Assembly: GCA_965200965.1 (NCBI GenBank)
Contig: OZ241744.1
Coordinates: 352,001-416,000, forward strand
DNA: 64,000 bases
Source: an uncultured Candidatus Binatia bacterium
GTDB taxonomy: Bacteria > Desulfobacterota > Binatia > Bin18
Reading direction: 5' to 3'
In this document: in pieces, positions 29,127 through 37,962 of the stretch
Numbering within the stretch: the stretch's first letter is position 1
Layout of the letters: each line of letters begins with the position of its first letter
Position numbers and translations under genes: made by a program
The notes under the pieces: model-generated
Told to the model about the DNA's origin: nothing
Database searches by the model: none
The model's input: only the letters and a program-made list of their open reading frames with translations

Positions 29127-29166
29127 ACAACTCGACACCCGCCACAGACCGGAGGGGAGACGCTGC

Positions 29167-29577
29167 ATGAATGCCTTGGAAGAGGGCACTGAAGCCCAGC
29201 TTGACTTCAAGAAGTTAGCCAGTATTGCCGCCAAAGGGCTGGACGTGGTTCCGGTCGTCCTGCAACACGCCCGGACGGGCGAGGTGTTGTTTATCGGCTA
29301 CGCCAACGAATCGGCCTTGCACGAGACCCTGCGCCGCAGCCAAGCCGTGCTGTGGTCAACCTCGCGCAACGAGCTGTGGCATAAGGGGGCGACCTCGGGC
29401 GATGTGCTTGACCTCGTTGAAGTACGCCTTAACTGTGAGCAGAACTCGCTGCTGTACCGCGTTCTGCCCCGCCGGGGCGGGGTGTGTCATACCAAAGATC
29501 GCTACGGCCAGACCAGACCGGGCTGCTACTACCGGCGGATTACACGGGGCGGCGACGGCCTGGAGTTTGTGGAATAG
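29167..29577 (+). CDS. hisI: Phosphoribosyl-AMP cyclohydrolase, variant active-site motif
   Basis: Motifs PVVLQ...GEVL, WSTSR.ELWHKG.TSG, NCEQNS, CHT...CYYR. Confidence 0.8.
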   Translation: MNALEEGTEAQLDFKKLASIAAKGLDVVPVVLQHARTGEVLFIGYANESALHETLRRSQAVLWSTSRNELWHKGATSGDVLDLVEVRLNCEQNSLLYRVLPRRGGVCHTKDRYGQTRPGCYYRRITRGGDGLEFVE

Positions 29578-29588
29578 GAGGGAAGCGT

Positions 29589-30440
29589 ATGGAGATCGGC
29601 GTTTTCAGTTTCAATACCGAAGACACAGTGGCGGCCGATGAGCTGGCCAGAGAGTGCGAAGCGCGGGGGTTTGAGTCGCTGTGGCTGCCCGAGCACACTC
29701 ATATTCCGGCCAGCCGGGCGTCCCCCTTCCCGGGCGGCGGCGAGTTGCCCCGGGAGTACGCCCATATGTCCGACCCCTTCATTGGCCTAGCCGCGGCCGC
29801 GGCGGTGACAACTCGGCTCAAACTTGGCACTGGCATCTCGCTCGTGACCGAACACGACCCGATTGTACAGGCCAAGCAGGTCGCCTCGCTGGACCGGATT
29901 TCAAACGGGCGGTTCATCTTTGGCATTGGTGCCGGCTGGAACAAAGAAGAGATGGCCAACCACGGCACCCCGCCGGGCAAGCGCTGGCAGGTCCTGACCG
30001 AGCGCGTCCAGGCCATGAAAGCCCTGTGGAGCCAGGATGAGGCCAGCTATCATGGCGAGTTTGTGCAGTTTGAGCGGGTGTGGTCCTACCCCAAGCCGCT
30101 GACCAAACCCCACCCGCCCATTCTGCTGGGCAGTCTGAGTTCGCGGCTGGGCCGCCAGCGGACGGTTGATCTGTGCGACGGCTGGATTCCGGTTGAAACG
30201 GTGATTGACGACATGCCGGCCGCCATTGCCGACCTGCACGACCGGGCCAGGGCCGCTGGCCGCGACCCGGCCTCCATCCCCATCTCCTTCTTCCTGGTCC
30301 ACGCCCCGGGTCTGGACCGCCTCGAACGCTACAAAACACTCGGCGCGGTCCGCACCGTTGTCCGCGCGCCCACCGCCGGCCGCGACGCCGTCCTGCCGTT
30401 TCTGGACACCTACGCCGAGTTCGCCCGCCGGCTGGCCTGA
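29589..30440 (+). CDS. LLM-class (probably F420-dependent, Rv2161c-like) oxidoreductase
   Basis: Motifs GFESLWLPEHTHIP, DPF..LAAAA, AKQVASLD..S.GR, G.GWN.EE, PKP...PHPP. Confidence 0.88.
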   Translation: MEIGVFSFNTEDTVAADELARECEARGFESLWLPEHTHIPASRASPFPGGGELPREYAHMSDPFIGLAAAAAVTTRLKLGTGISLVTEHDPIVQAKQVASLDRISNGRFIFGIGAGWNKEEMANHGTPPGKRWQVLTERVQAMKALWSQDEASYHGEFVQFERVWSYPKPLTKPHPPILLGSLSSRLGRQRTVDLCDGWIPVETVIDDMPAAIADLHDRARAAGRDPASIPISFFLVHAPGLDRLERYKTLGAVRTVVRAPTAGRDAVLPFLDTYAEFARRLA

Positions 30441-30461
30441 GGCGATAAAGGTCTTCCGCCC

Positions 30462-32240
30462 ATGAATTTCAACACTGCCAACATGACGTTTCGTCAGCTT
30501 ATGGGAAATGGGCTGAGCTATCGCGTTCCGAAGTTTCAACGCGACTATTCCTGGGGCCCCGACGAGTGGGACGATTTATGGCAGGATATTGTCGGGCTGT
30601 CCGGTGAGGACCCAGAGCCGGTGCATTACATGGGCTATCTGGTGTTGCAATCCGCGGACAGCAAGCTGTTCGATATTATTGACGGACAGCAGCGTATGAC
30701 GACGCTTAGCCTGTTGATGTTGGCCGCGATAGCGCATCTGACAGACTTGGCGGTGCCGGACGATCCGGCTGACCCGCAAAATCGACGGGCTGAGCAGTTA
30801 CGGAGCACCTACATCGGCTATCTGGACCCGGTGAGCTTGGTCCCGCGCTCCAAGCTGTCGCTGAATCGCCACAACGATCGTCTCTATCAGGACTACCTCG
30901 TCCCCCTCGATCGGTTGCCACAGCGGGGGTTGAACGCCTCGGAACATCTCTTGCGCCGGGCATTTGCTTGGCTCAAGGAGCACATCAAAGACCAATCGGG
31001 TAAGGATGGGCAATCGGTGGCCCGCTTTGTCGATGTGACAGCAGACAAACTGTTTTTTACCGTCATCACAGTCGCGGACGAGTTAAACGCCTTTAAGGTT
31101 TTTGAGACGCTGAACGCGCGTGGGGTGCGCCTGTCCGCGACCGATTTGTTGAAGAACTATCTGTTCTCTGTTGTCTCGCGTGGCGGTGCGCATGAAGCGG
31201 AGATCAAAACGCTGGAAGAGCGCTGGGAGGGGATCGTCGGACTGCTAGGCAGCGAGAGTTTTCCCGAGTTTTTGCGTGTCTTCTGGAACAGTCACAACCG
31301 GCTAGTGCGGAAGGCGGATTTGTTCAAAACTATTCGTGGCGCGATCACGGACAAGGCCGGGGCGTTTGAATTGATTCGCGCTATGGATCGGCACGCGCGG
31401 GTGTACACGGCTTTGCGTAGCCCAGAGGACGGCTCTTGGACACACAAGGAGCGCGCTAACCTTGCCTTGTTGCAGATGTTCAATGTGCGTCAGCCCTTGG
31501 CCTTACTGTTGTCAGCCTTTGATCGGTTTGCGGAAGCCGAGCGGGCCGAGTTTGCCCGTCTCCTGCGGGCCATCGCTGTCGTGTCGTTTCGCTACAATGT
31601 GATCTGTGGTCGCAAGAGCAATGAACAGGAGGCGGTATATAACCATATTGCTCGGGAAATTTCGGCGGGCCGTCTTGGCAATGCAACAGCCGCGATTGAG
31701 GGACTGCGAGACGTGTATCCAGGGGACGAGGAATTCAAGGCAGCGTTCGCGGATAAGGCGCTGCGGACCACCAGCAGCCGGAATAATAAGGTCGTGCGCT
31801 TTATCCTGTTCCAGCTCGAAAAGAAGTTATCTGGAAAGGCGTTTGATTTCGAGAGCGCGAAATACGGCATTGAGCATGTGTTACCGAAGAATCCCGGCGA
31901 GGACTGGGAACAGTTCGATGAACAACAGCGGGAGGCGTTTACCTACCGTCTGGGGAACCTCACGCCTCTGGCAACTGCGGAGAATCGTGAGTTGGGCAAT
32001 AGGGGATTCTCCGAAAAGCGCCTCGTTTACCAGACGAGTGAATTCGCCCTTACTCAGAAACTTGCCGCAGACTTTGATGCCTGGACCGTGGAGAAAATTC
32101 GCTCTCATCAGGAGTGGATGGCGAAACAGGCGACCGGCCTATGGAGAATCCATCTCCCTCTGAGGAGAAGGACGCTTATGCGTGACCAACACACGCATCA
32201 CTCAGGACATCCGCGTGCTGAGCACAACCATCGTGGCTAG
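30462..32240 (+). CDS. GmrSD-like type IV restriction endonuclease (DUF262 + DUF1524)
   Basis: Motifs PKFQRDYSW, IIDGQQR, FETLNARG..L...DLLKN, IEHVLP, LGNL...N..LGN; lower GC than the flanks. Confidence 0.88.
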   Translation: MNFNTANMTFRQLMGNGLSYRVPKFQRDYSWGPDEWDDLWQDIVGLSGEDPEPVHYMGYLVLQSADSKLFDIIDGQQRMTTLSLLMLAAIAHLTDLAVPDDPADPQNRRAEQLRSTYIGYLDPVSLVPRSKLSLNRHNDRLYQDYLVPLDRLPQRGLNASEHLLRRAFAWLKEHIKDQSGKDGQSVARFVDVTADKLFFTVITVADELNAFKVFETLNARGVRLSATDLLKNYLFSVVSRGGAHEAEIKTLEERWEGIVGLLGSESFPEFLRVFWNSHNRLVRKADLFKTIRGAITDKAGAFELIRAMDRHARVYTALRSPEDGSWTHKERANLALLQMFNVRQPLALLLSAFDRFAEAERAEFARLLRAIAVVSFRYNVICGRKSNEQEAVYNHIAREISAGRLGNATAAIEGLRDVYPGDEEFKAAFADKALRTTSSRNNKVVRFILFQLEKKLSGKAFDFESAKYGIEHVLPKNPGEDWEQFDEQQREAFTYRLGNLTPLATAENRELGNRGFSEKRLVYQTSEFALTQKLAADFDAWTVEKIRSHQEWMAKQATGLWRIHLPLRRRTLMRDQHTHHSGHPRAEHNHRG

Positions 32241-32283
32241 GACCGCACGGCGCTGTCAGGCGGGTAGGAAGCGAAGCCGCTGT

Positions 32284-32706
32284 TCACGGTTCCTGGGGCG
32301 TTTCCTCACACAATTCCACAAGCCAATCGCCTAAAGTATCCCGGTCAACCAACTGACACTGTGTCGAGTGAGCCACTCCCTTGCCCCTTTTGTACAAGAA
32401 TTATTGGTCACGACCATTGCGGCGTTGCAGCCATAGTGTTCCTTTCCTGCCACGGCATCACTCACCGCTCGGCGTGAGACTCGATTGCTGTAGCGCTTCA
32501 CCTGCACCGCGTATTTCTTGTCCCCCCTCTCGGCGACGACATCCACCCCCATATCTCCCGCCTTCCCGCAGATTCTTTTTGGCTATCTCGATCTTTTCAG
32601 TAAGTTCTTTTTCCCGCCGGCGTCTTTCCTGCTGTGCGCGGAGTTGTTCTAATTCACGGCGTTCTTCTAACTTGACCTGGAAGATAAAGCCGAAAATCGC
32701 TTCCAT
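32284..32706 (-). pseudogene. Mrr-family restriction endonuclease remnant
   Basis: GDMGVDVVA...AVQVKRY...V...AV...AG...Y...AMVVTN, then a frameshift to LVDRDTL..WL. The coiled-coil N-terminal piece is in another frame. Confidence 0.75.
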
Positions 32707-32848
32707 TATCTGAACTCCCGCTCGCTGTGAAAAGTTCTTGTACCAAGTCAAGGACGGGATCGGCTGACGGTGGCATCTCAGCCGGCGCATGAGCGCCGGT
32801 CTCTCTGTATGGACGCGAGGCCGGCGAGCCAGGATGATGAGGAACGGC

Positions 32849-33835
32849 TTATTTGGTGAGGCGGATGAATTTTTGCAGGACGTGGCCGTCGAGCGGGATG
32901 AGGCCCTGGCGTCCGCCGGCGCTGTAGTTCACCTCGCCGACGTACAGGTCGCCGCGCGAGTCGGCCCAGATGCCGTGCGGGGCGTAGAAGTTGCCCGGCT
33001 CCAGGCCGTGCTCGCCAAAGCGGTGCTGGACCTCGCCGTCGAGGGTCAGGACGCTGACGCACGACGGTGGCTCGTGGGGGGGCACTGCTGCGCCCAAGCC
33101 GTTCGGCATATTGGCCACCTTGAAGCCTAACTCGGCCACAAACAGGTTTTCGTCGGCGTCAATATACAGGTCGTCGGGCCGGCTCACATGGGTCCATTCG
33201 GTACGGTATTCGCCCTCGCCGCTGAAGACCTGGATGCGGGAGTTCTCCCGGTCGGCGACATAGACCGTGCCGCGGCGGTCAACCGCTATCGAGTGCGGGA
33301 GCTTGAACTGACCCGGGCCGCTGCCCGGCTCGCCCCAGGACAACAGCAGCTCGCCGGCGGCCGAGAACTTATGCACCCGGGCGTTGCCATAGCCGTCGGC
33401 AATATACATGGCCCCGTCCGGGGCCAGGGCGACGTTAGTCACCATGTTGAAGGGGCCGGCGGCCTGCTGGACCGGGGTGGTCCAGGCTGTGAAGCCGGTG
33501 TCGGCCGGCGTGTCTTTCTGGCCCAGGGTTTTGAGCAGGGTGCCGTCGGGCCTGAACAGGCGGACGGTATGGTCAAAATTGTCGGCGCAGTAGATGGTAT
33601 CGTCCGGGCCGATACAGATGCCGTGGGCGTTGGTGAACACGCCTTCGCCCCAGGCGTCGAGAAACGTGCCGTCACGGTCAAAGACAATCATCGGGTGCTC
33701 CCCGCGGTTGAAGGCGTACACCCGGTCCTGGGAGTCGGTGGCCACGCCGGCCACCTCAACAAAGGACCAGCCTTCGGGCAGTTGCTCCCAGCCTTCGATG
33801 ACTTCGTATTCGACTTTATTTGTGCCAAGTGCCAT
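32849..33835 (-). CDS. NHL-repeat beta-propeller (peptidyl-alpha-hydroxyglycine lyase-like)
   Basis: Repeated motifs HGI, ADGYGNARVHKF, WG.PG.GPGQF..PH, VADREN.RIQVF. Confidence 0.88.
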   Translation of the reverse strand: MALGTNKVEYEVIEGWEQLPEGWSFVEVAGVATDSQDRVYAFNRGEHPMIVFDRDGTFLDAWGEGVFTNAHGICIGPDDTIYCADNFDHTVRLFRPDGTLLKTLGQKDTPADTGFTAWTTPVQQAAGPFNMVTNVALAPDGAMYIADGYGNARVHKFSAAGELLLSWGEPGSGPGQFKLPHSIAVDRRGTVYVADRENSRIQVFSGEGEYRTEWTHVSRPDDLYIDADENLFVAELGFKVANMPNGLGAAVPPHEPPSCVSVLTLDGEVQHRFGEHGLEPGNFYAPHGIWADSRGDLYVGEVNYSAGGRQGLIPLDGHVLQKFIRLTK

Positions 33836-33849
33836 GTGAATCCTCCTCC

Positions 33850-34317
33850 TCAGGGGACGCGCTGATCGAGCTGGATCACGATCCCGTCGGGGTCTTTGAA
33901 CAGGGTGGTCAGGACCTTACGGCCCGGGGCTTCGCCGTAGGCCACGCTGTCAAAGACCTTGGGGGCCAGGACGATGGGCACGCCGGCGGCCTTGACCTTC
34001 TCAAAGGTCTCTTCGAGGTCGTCCACCCAGAAGGCGAAGTGATGGATGCCGACCTGGGTCAGGTTGATCGCCTGACCCGAGGTCGGGCGGTTCTGGGACA
34101 GGACGATAAAGGTGGCGTCCGGGCCGTCTTCCCAGCGCAGATACACCCCGTGGCGGCCGTGCTGCTCCGCGCCGGTGACGGTCTGGATCATGCCGCCGGG
34201 GTTTTCGTTGGGGTCGTCGAGGCTGACGTGCAGGCCGAGCAGGTCGCGGTAGAACTTCAGCGACTTGGCCATATTGCTGACGCCAATAGCGATGTGCGAC
34301 GTGGCTCTGATTTTCAT
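33850..34317 (-). CDS. VOC/glyoxalase family protein
   Basis: Motifs HIAIGVSN...SLKFYRDLLG, HHFAFWVDD, DPDG..IQL. Confidence 0.88.
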   Translation of the reverse strand: MKIRATSHIAIGVSNMAKSLKFYRDLLGLHVSLDDPNENPGGMIQTVTGAEQHGRHGVYLRWEDGPDATFIVLSQNRPTSGQAINLTQVGIHHFAFWVDDLEETFEKVKAAGVPIVLAPKVFDSVAYGEAPGRKVLTTLFKDPDGIVIQLDQRVP

Positions 34318-34404
34318 GCCTCCCTCCTTTGCATAGGCGCTTGTGCCTGGCAGCTATGACACGCTTTATGGCCGGCGTCCAGACACCGGCCGCTCAGCCG
34401 GCGC

Positions 34405-34515
34405 AGGCTCGCGCGCGGCGGATCAGGCGGCTTTTGAGTTCGGCGAGGCGCGTCTCGAGCCTCAGCGGATAGGGCTGTGGATCGCTGAGCCGTTTGACCG
34501 CCGGGGGGAGACGGC
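34405..34515. repeat. 111-bp direct repeat, copy 1 (orphan pncB 3' end, with its own in-frame stop at 34394-34396)
   Basis: Identical to 36512-36622 by direct comparison (AGGCTCGCGCGCGG...GGGGAGACGGC). Confidence 0.95.
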
Positions 34516-34589
34516 ATACATTGCCGATCCTAATAAGCATCTGTCCCTGACATCCTGATCGAGCCACAGGGGGGTGGAAACTAGGTCAA

Positions 34590-35783
34590 ATGCTGGATAC
34601 CCTGTTTGTCAGAACCTTCAAGTCCCTGGAGAACGTGACGGTTGACTTGGGACGAGTCAACGTCTTCATTGGTGCCAACGGCAGCGGAAAGAGTAATCTT
34701 CTGGAGGCTTTGGGAGTTCTCTCCGCGGCGGCTGATGGCAGAGTTGATGACCAGACTTTGCTGGCCCGTGGTGTCCGTCCTGGCCTTCCCCTATTCTACA
34801 AATCTGCCTTTCCCGCCAAATCCAGGAAGAGAATCCATCCGCATCTGTATTTCGCAGCACACGGCGCGCAAGCCAGATATGAAGTCTCGCTGCATAACCC
34901 CTTGAAGCTGAGGGAACCCGCCCCCTGGAGATTTAAGACAGAGCGGTGGGAAGATGACAATGGGACAAAGCTCGTTGGACGTGGCCCCCGAGGCCCAAAG
35001 ACGAATACCGAACGGGGACTCGCTGCGCTGAAGGCGGGAGACCTTACCGCTGGTGCCGCCTTGGATCTGTTGACGTTGCTGCAAGGCTACGTCATCTTTT
35101 CGCCAACAACGCCTATATTGCGTGGGGTTGTCCCGGAAACGCAGCCGAGACATCCGGTTGGCGTGTCTGGAGGAAACCTGCCCCGCGCGATCCTGGGATT
35201 GCTGATGCAACGCCACCGCGATAAGCACAGCGAGCGGATCTGTCAGGACACATTAGAACTTGTGGATTGGGCTGCAAGTTTTAGTGCAAGCGCCGCCAGC
35301 CGACTTCCACTCTCTCCGACTGCGGCAGCGTCGAGAGTCGTGCTTCGCTTTCGTGATCGGTTTATGAGAGAGGATCGAAACGTCCTCTCCGGTTATGACG
35401 TTTCCGAAGGTGCTTTGTACGCCCTGTTTCTGGCGGTGATTGCAGGCCACAAGGGCAGTCCCAGGCTCTGTGCGGTTGACAACGCGGACCACGGCCTGAA
35501 CCCCCGCTTGGCCCGGGCGTTGATTGAACGCCTGTGTCAGTGGTATCTCACGGCGGAGGAGGCACGTCAGCTCTTGCTGACGACGCACAACCCGTTGATC
35601 TTGGACGGGCTGCCATTACAGGATGGGCGGGTACGATTGTTTACCGTGTCCCGGACCAGTACAGGCCGCACTGCTGTCCGGCGTGTGGTCGTTGATGACG
35701 CTTTGTTGGAAAGGGCGGAGCAGGGTTGGACCCTATCGCGTTTGTGGGTGATGGGACATCTGGGAGGTGTGCCGGATGTCTGA
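34590..35783 (+). CDS. ABC-type (AAA_21-like) ATPase, putative defence component
   Basis: FKSL, Walker A GANGSGKS, signature VSEG, Walker B CAVDN, D-loop GLNP, H-loop TTHNP. Confidence 0.85.
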   Translation: MLDTLFVRTFKSLENVTVDLGRVNVFIGANGSGKSNLLEALGVLSAAADGRVDDQTLLARGVRPGLPLFYKSAFPAKSRKRIHPHLYFAAHGAQARYEVSLHNPLKLREPAPWRFKTERWEDDNGTKLVGRGPRGPKTNTERGLAALKAGDLTAGAALDLLTLLQGYVIFSPTTPILRGVVPETQPRHPVGVSGGNLPRAILGLLMQRHRDKHSERICQDTLELVDWAASFSASAASRLPLSPTAAASRVVLRFRDRFMREDRNVLSGYDVSEGALYALFLAVIAGHKGSPRLCAVDNADHGLNPRLARALIERLCQWYLTAEEARQLLLTTHNPLILDGLPLQDGRVRLFTVSRTSTGRTAVRRVVVDDALLERAEQGWTLSRLWVMGHLGGVPDV

Positions 35784-36513
35784 TCCGCTGCGTGTCGCTG
35801 TTGCCGTCGAAGGACCCACCGATGCCATTGTGCTCCAAGCGATCCTGAGTGCTGTCCTGCCGAATGTCGACTTCGAGTTCCAGACGCTACAGCCGGAAGG
35901 CTCCCTTGCCTTTGATACGTCACCATCCAGCCGAACCGGTGTTGGATGGGCTGGAGTGTATCGTTGGTGTCGCCAATCGGCCTCCGAGGGTGGCGGTTCC
36001 GTGTCCGGCTCTTCGGCACTGTTGTACCATGATGTGTTGATTGTGCAGGTGGATGCGGATGTGGCGAGTAAAACATACCCCGGTGGCGGTATTCGGAATG
36101 CACCGCGCAAGGATCTGCCCTGTGACCAACCTTGTCCACCGCCTAGCAGAACCACAGACGCCCTGCGGACGGTTGTTCTTCGCTGGTTAGGAGAGTCCAA
36201 CACTCCACCACAAATTGTTTTGAGCACGCCGTCGAAGAATATCGAAGCGTGGGTGATTGCGGCGGTCTGGCCGGAGAATGCTCTGGTTCATCGAGACGAT
36301 TGGGAATGTCGGCTCAATCCGCAAGACCAACTGAAACGGCTGCCCAAGGGAAGGCGGTTCGAGAAACGTCAGGACGACTATAAACGCAAGCAAAAGGAAA
36401 TGCAGGACGGGTGGCCGGATGTGTCAGCAAGGCTGACGGAGGCTGGACGATTTGAAGCAGAATTTATAGCGGCCATAAAAAAATCTGAGGAGATGCCCGG
36501 TCAAGTGGTGTAG
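35776..36513 (+). CDS. TOPRIM-like partner protein (DUF4276/RloB-like), putative effector
   Basis: Motifs AVEGPTD, VQVDAD, P...IEAW; overlaps the ATPase stop; GGAGG RBS. Confidence 0.6.
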   Translation: MSDPLRVAVAVEGPTDAIVLQAILSAVLPNVDFEFQTLQPEGSLAFDTSPSSRTGVGWAGVYRWCRQSASEGGGSVSGSSALLYHDVLIVQVDADVASKTYPGGGIRNAPRKDLPCDQPCPPPSRTTDALRTVVLRWLGESNTPPQIVLSTPSKNIEAWVIAAVWPENALVHRDDWECRLNPQDQLKRLPKGRRFEKRQDDYKRKQKEMQDGWPDVSARLTEAGRFEAEFIAAIKKSEEMPGQVV

Positions 36514-37943
36514 GCTCGCGCGCGGCGGATCAGGCGGCTTTTGAGTTCGGCGAGGCGCGTCTCGAGCCTCAGCGGATAGGGCTGTGGATCGCTGAGCCGT
36601 TTGACCGCCGGGGGGAGACGGCTGAGTTGATCTTGTGCCCGCTGGCGAATCTGGGCCGGCCCTGGGCTGGTGTACACGGCTTTGCCCTGACGCACGACGG
36701 GCAGCAAGAGATCGCTGACCGTCATCCGGCCCGAGAAGGCAGGCTGGGCCGGGTTGGCAATCCCCAGCCGGGTGTCATACACGGTGTCGCCGACAAACGC
36801 GCCGTCGGTCTGATAGCGTCGCGCCTGAAGAATGCCCGGGGTAGTGGTTTTGTCGTCTTCTTCCGACAGCTTGACTTTGTACTGCCAGGGCTGGCCCGGG
36901 CGGCGCACCGCACCCAGCTTATAGACCCCACCCAGGGCCGGTTGGGGGTCGGCTGTCACCAGCTTCGTGCCAATCCCCCACACATTGAGCGGGCTGCCCT
37001 CGGCTTTGAGGCGGGCAATGGCGTGTTCGTCGAGGTCGTTGCTGCCAACAATGAACGCCTCGGGAAACCCGGCCTCGTCCAAGATGGCGCGCGCCTCAAG
37101 CCCGAGCTGAACAAAATCGCCCGAATCCAGGCGAATGCCGGCCAACTCGTGGCCGTGGTCGCGCAGCCAGTGGCCGACCCGAACCGCGTTTCGTACCCCC
37201 GCCCGGCTGTTATAGGTGTCAACCAGAAAGATGCAGTTATTGGGCATGGCACACGCATAGGCTTGAAAGGCTTCGCGTTCGGTGTCAAAGGCCATGACCC
37301 AGCTATGGGCGTGGGTGCCTCTGACCGGAATCCCCAACAGTTTTCCGGCCAACACGTTTGAGGTGGCGGCGCAGCCGCCGATGTACGCGGCCCGACTTGC
37401 TGCTAGCGCACCGTCGATACCCTGGGCCCGGCGGAGACCAAACTCGAGCACCGGCTCTCCATTGGCGGCCACACATATCCGGGCCGCTTTGGTGGCGATG
37501 AGGGTTTGAAAATTGATGAGATTGAGCAACGCGGTTTCGATCAGTTGGCCTTGGAGAAGCGGGCCTTGAACGCGAAGCAGTGGCTGGTTGGGAAAAACGA
37601 CCGTGCCTTCGGGGACAGCATCGACCGAACACGATAAGCGCAGCGCGTGCAGGTAGGTGAGAAACTCGTTGGGAAACAGGGCGTTGCCGTCGTTGCCGGT
37701 CAGTCCGGCCAAGTAGGCGCGGTCCTCGGCAGTAAACTGAAAGTGGGTGAGGAAGTCGAGCGCATAGGCCAGACCACCGGCCAAGCTGAATGCGCCCCCA
37801 AATGGGTTGTGGCGAAAGGACAGGTGAAACACCGCCTGGGCATCAGCCAGGCCCGACCGCCAATAGCCGTAAGCCATAGTGAGTTGGTACAGGTCGGTCA
37901 GCAGAGCCAGGGAGGGGCGGTAGAGTTCGGACGGGATGTTCAT
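36501..37943 (-). CDS. pncB: Nicotinate phosphoribosyltransferase
   Basis: Motifs LLTDLYQLTM, EFGLRRAQG, GTHAHSW, LVDTY, GIRLDSGD, LGGVYKL. Confidence 0.95.
   Translation of the reverse strand: MNIPSELYRPSLALLTDLYQLTMAYGYWRSGLADAQAVFHLSFRHNPFGGAFSLAGGLAYALDFLTHFQFTAEDRAYLAGLTGNDGNALFPNEFLTYLHALRLSCSVDAVPEGTVVFPNQPLLRVQGPLLQGQLIETALLNLINFQTLIATKAARICVAANGEPVLEFGLRRAQGIDGALAASRAAYIGGCAATSNVLAGKLLGIPVRGTHAHSWVMAFDTEREAFQAYACAMPNNCIFLVDTYNSRAGVRNAVRVGHWLRDHGHELAGIRLDSGDFVQLGLEARAILDEAGFPEAFIVGSNDLDEHAIARLKAEGSPLNVWGIGTKLVTADPQPALGGVYKLGAVRRPGQPWQYKVKLSEEDDKTTTPGILQARRYQTDGAFVGDTVYDTRLGIANPAQPAFSGRMTVSDLLLPVVRQGKAVYTSPGPAQIRQRAQDQLSRLPPAVKRLSDPQPYPLRLETRLAELKSRLIRRARAYTT
36512..36622. repeat. 111-bp direct repeat, copy 2 (within pncB)
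   Basis: Identical to 34405-34515. Confidence 0.95.
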
Positions 37944-37962
37944 CGCGCGGTCAAGACCGGTC

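Noticed and set aside
30440-36600. Integron cassette array or prophage
   Set aside because: No attC-like sites, integrase or phage genes recognised.
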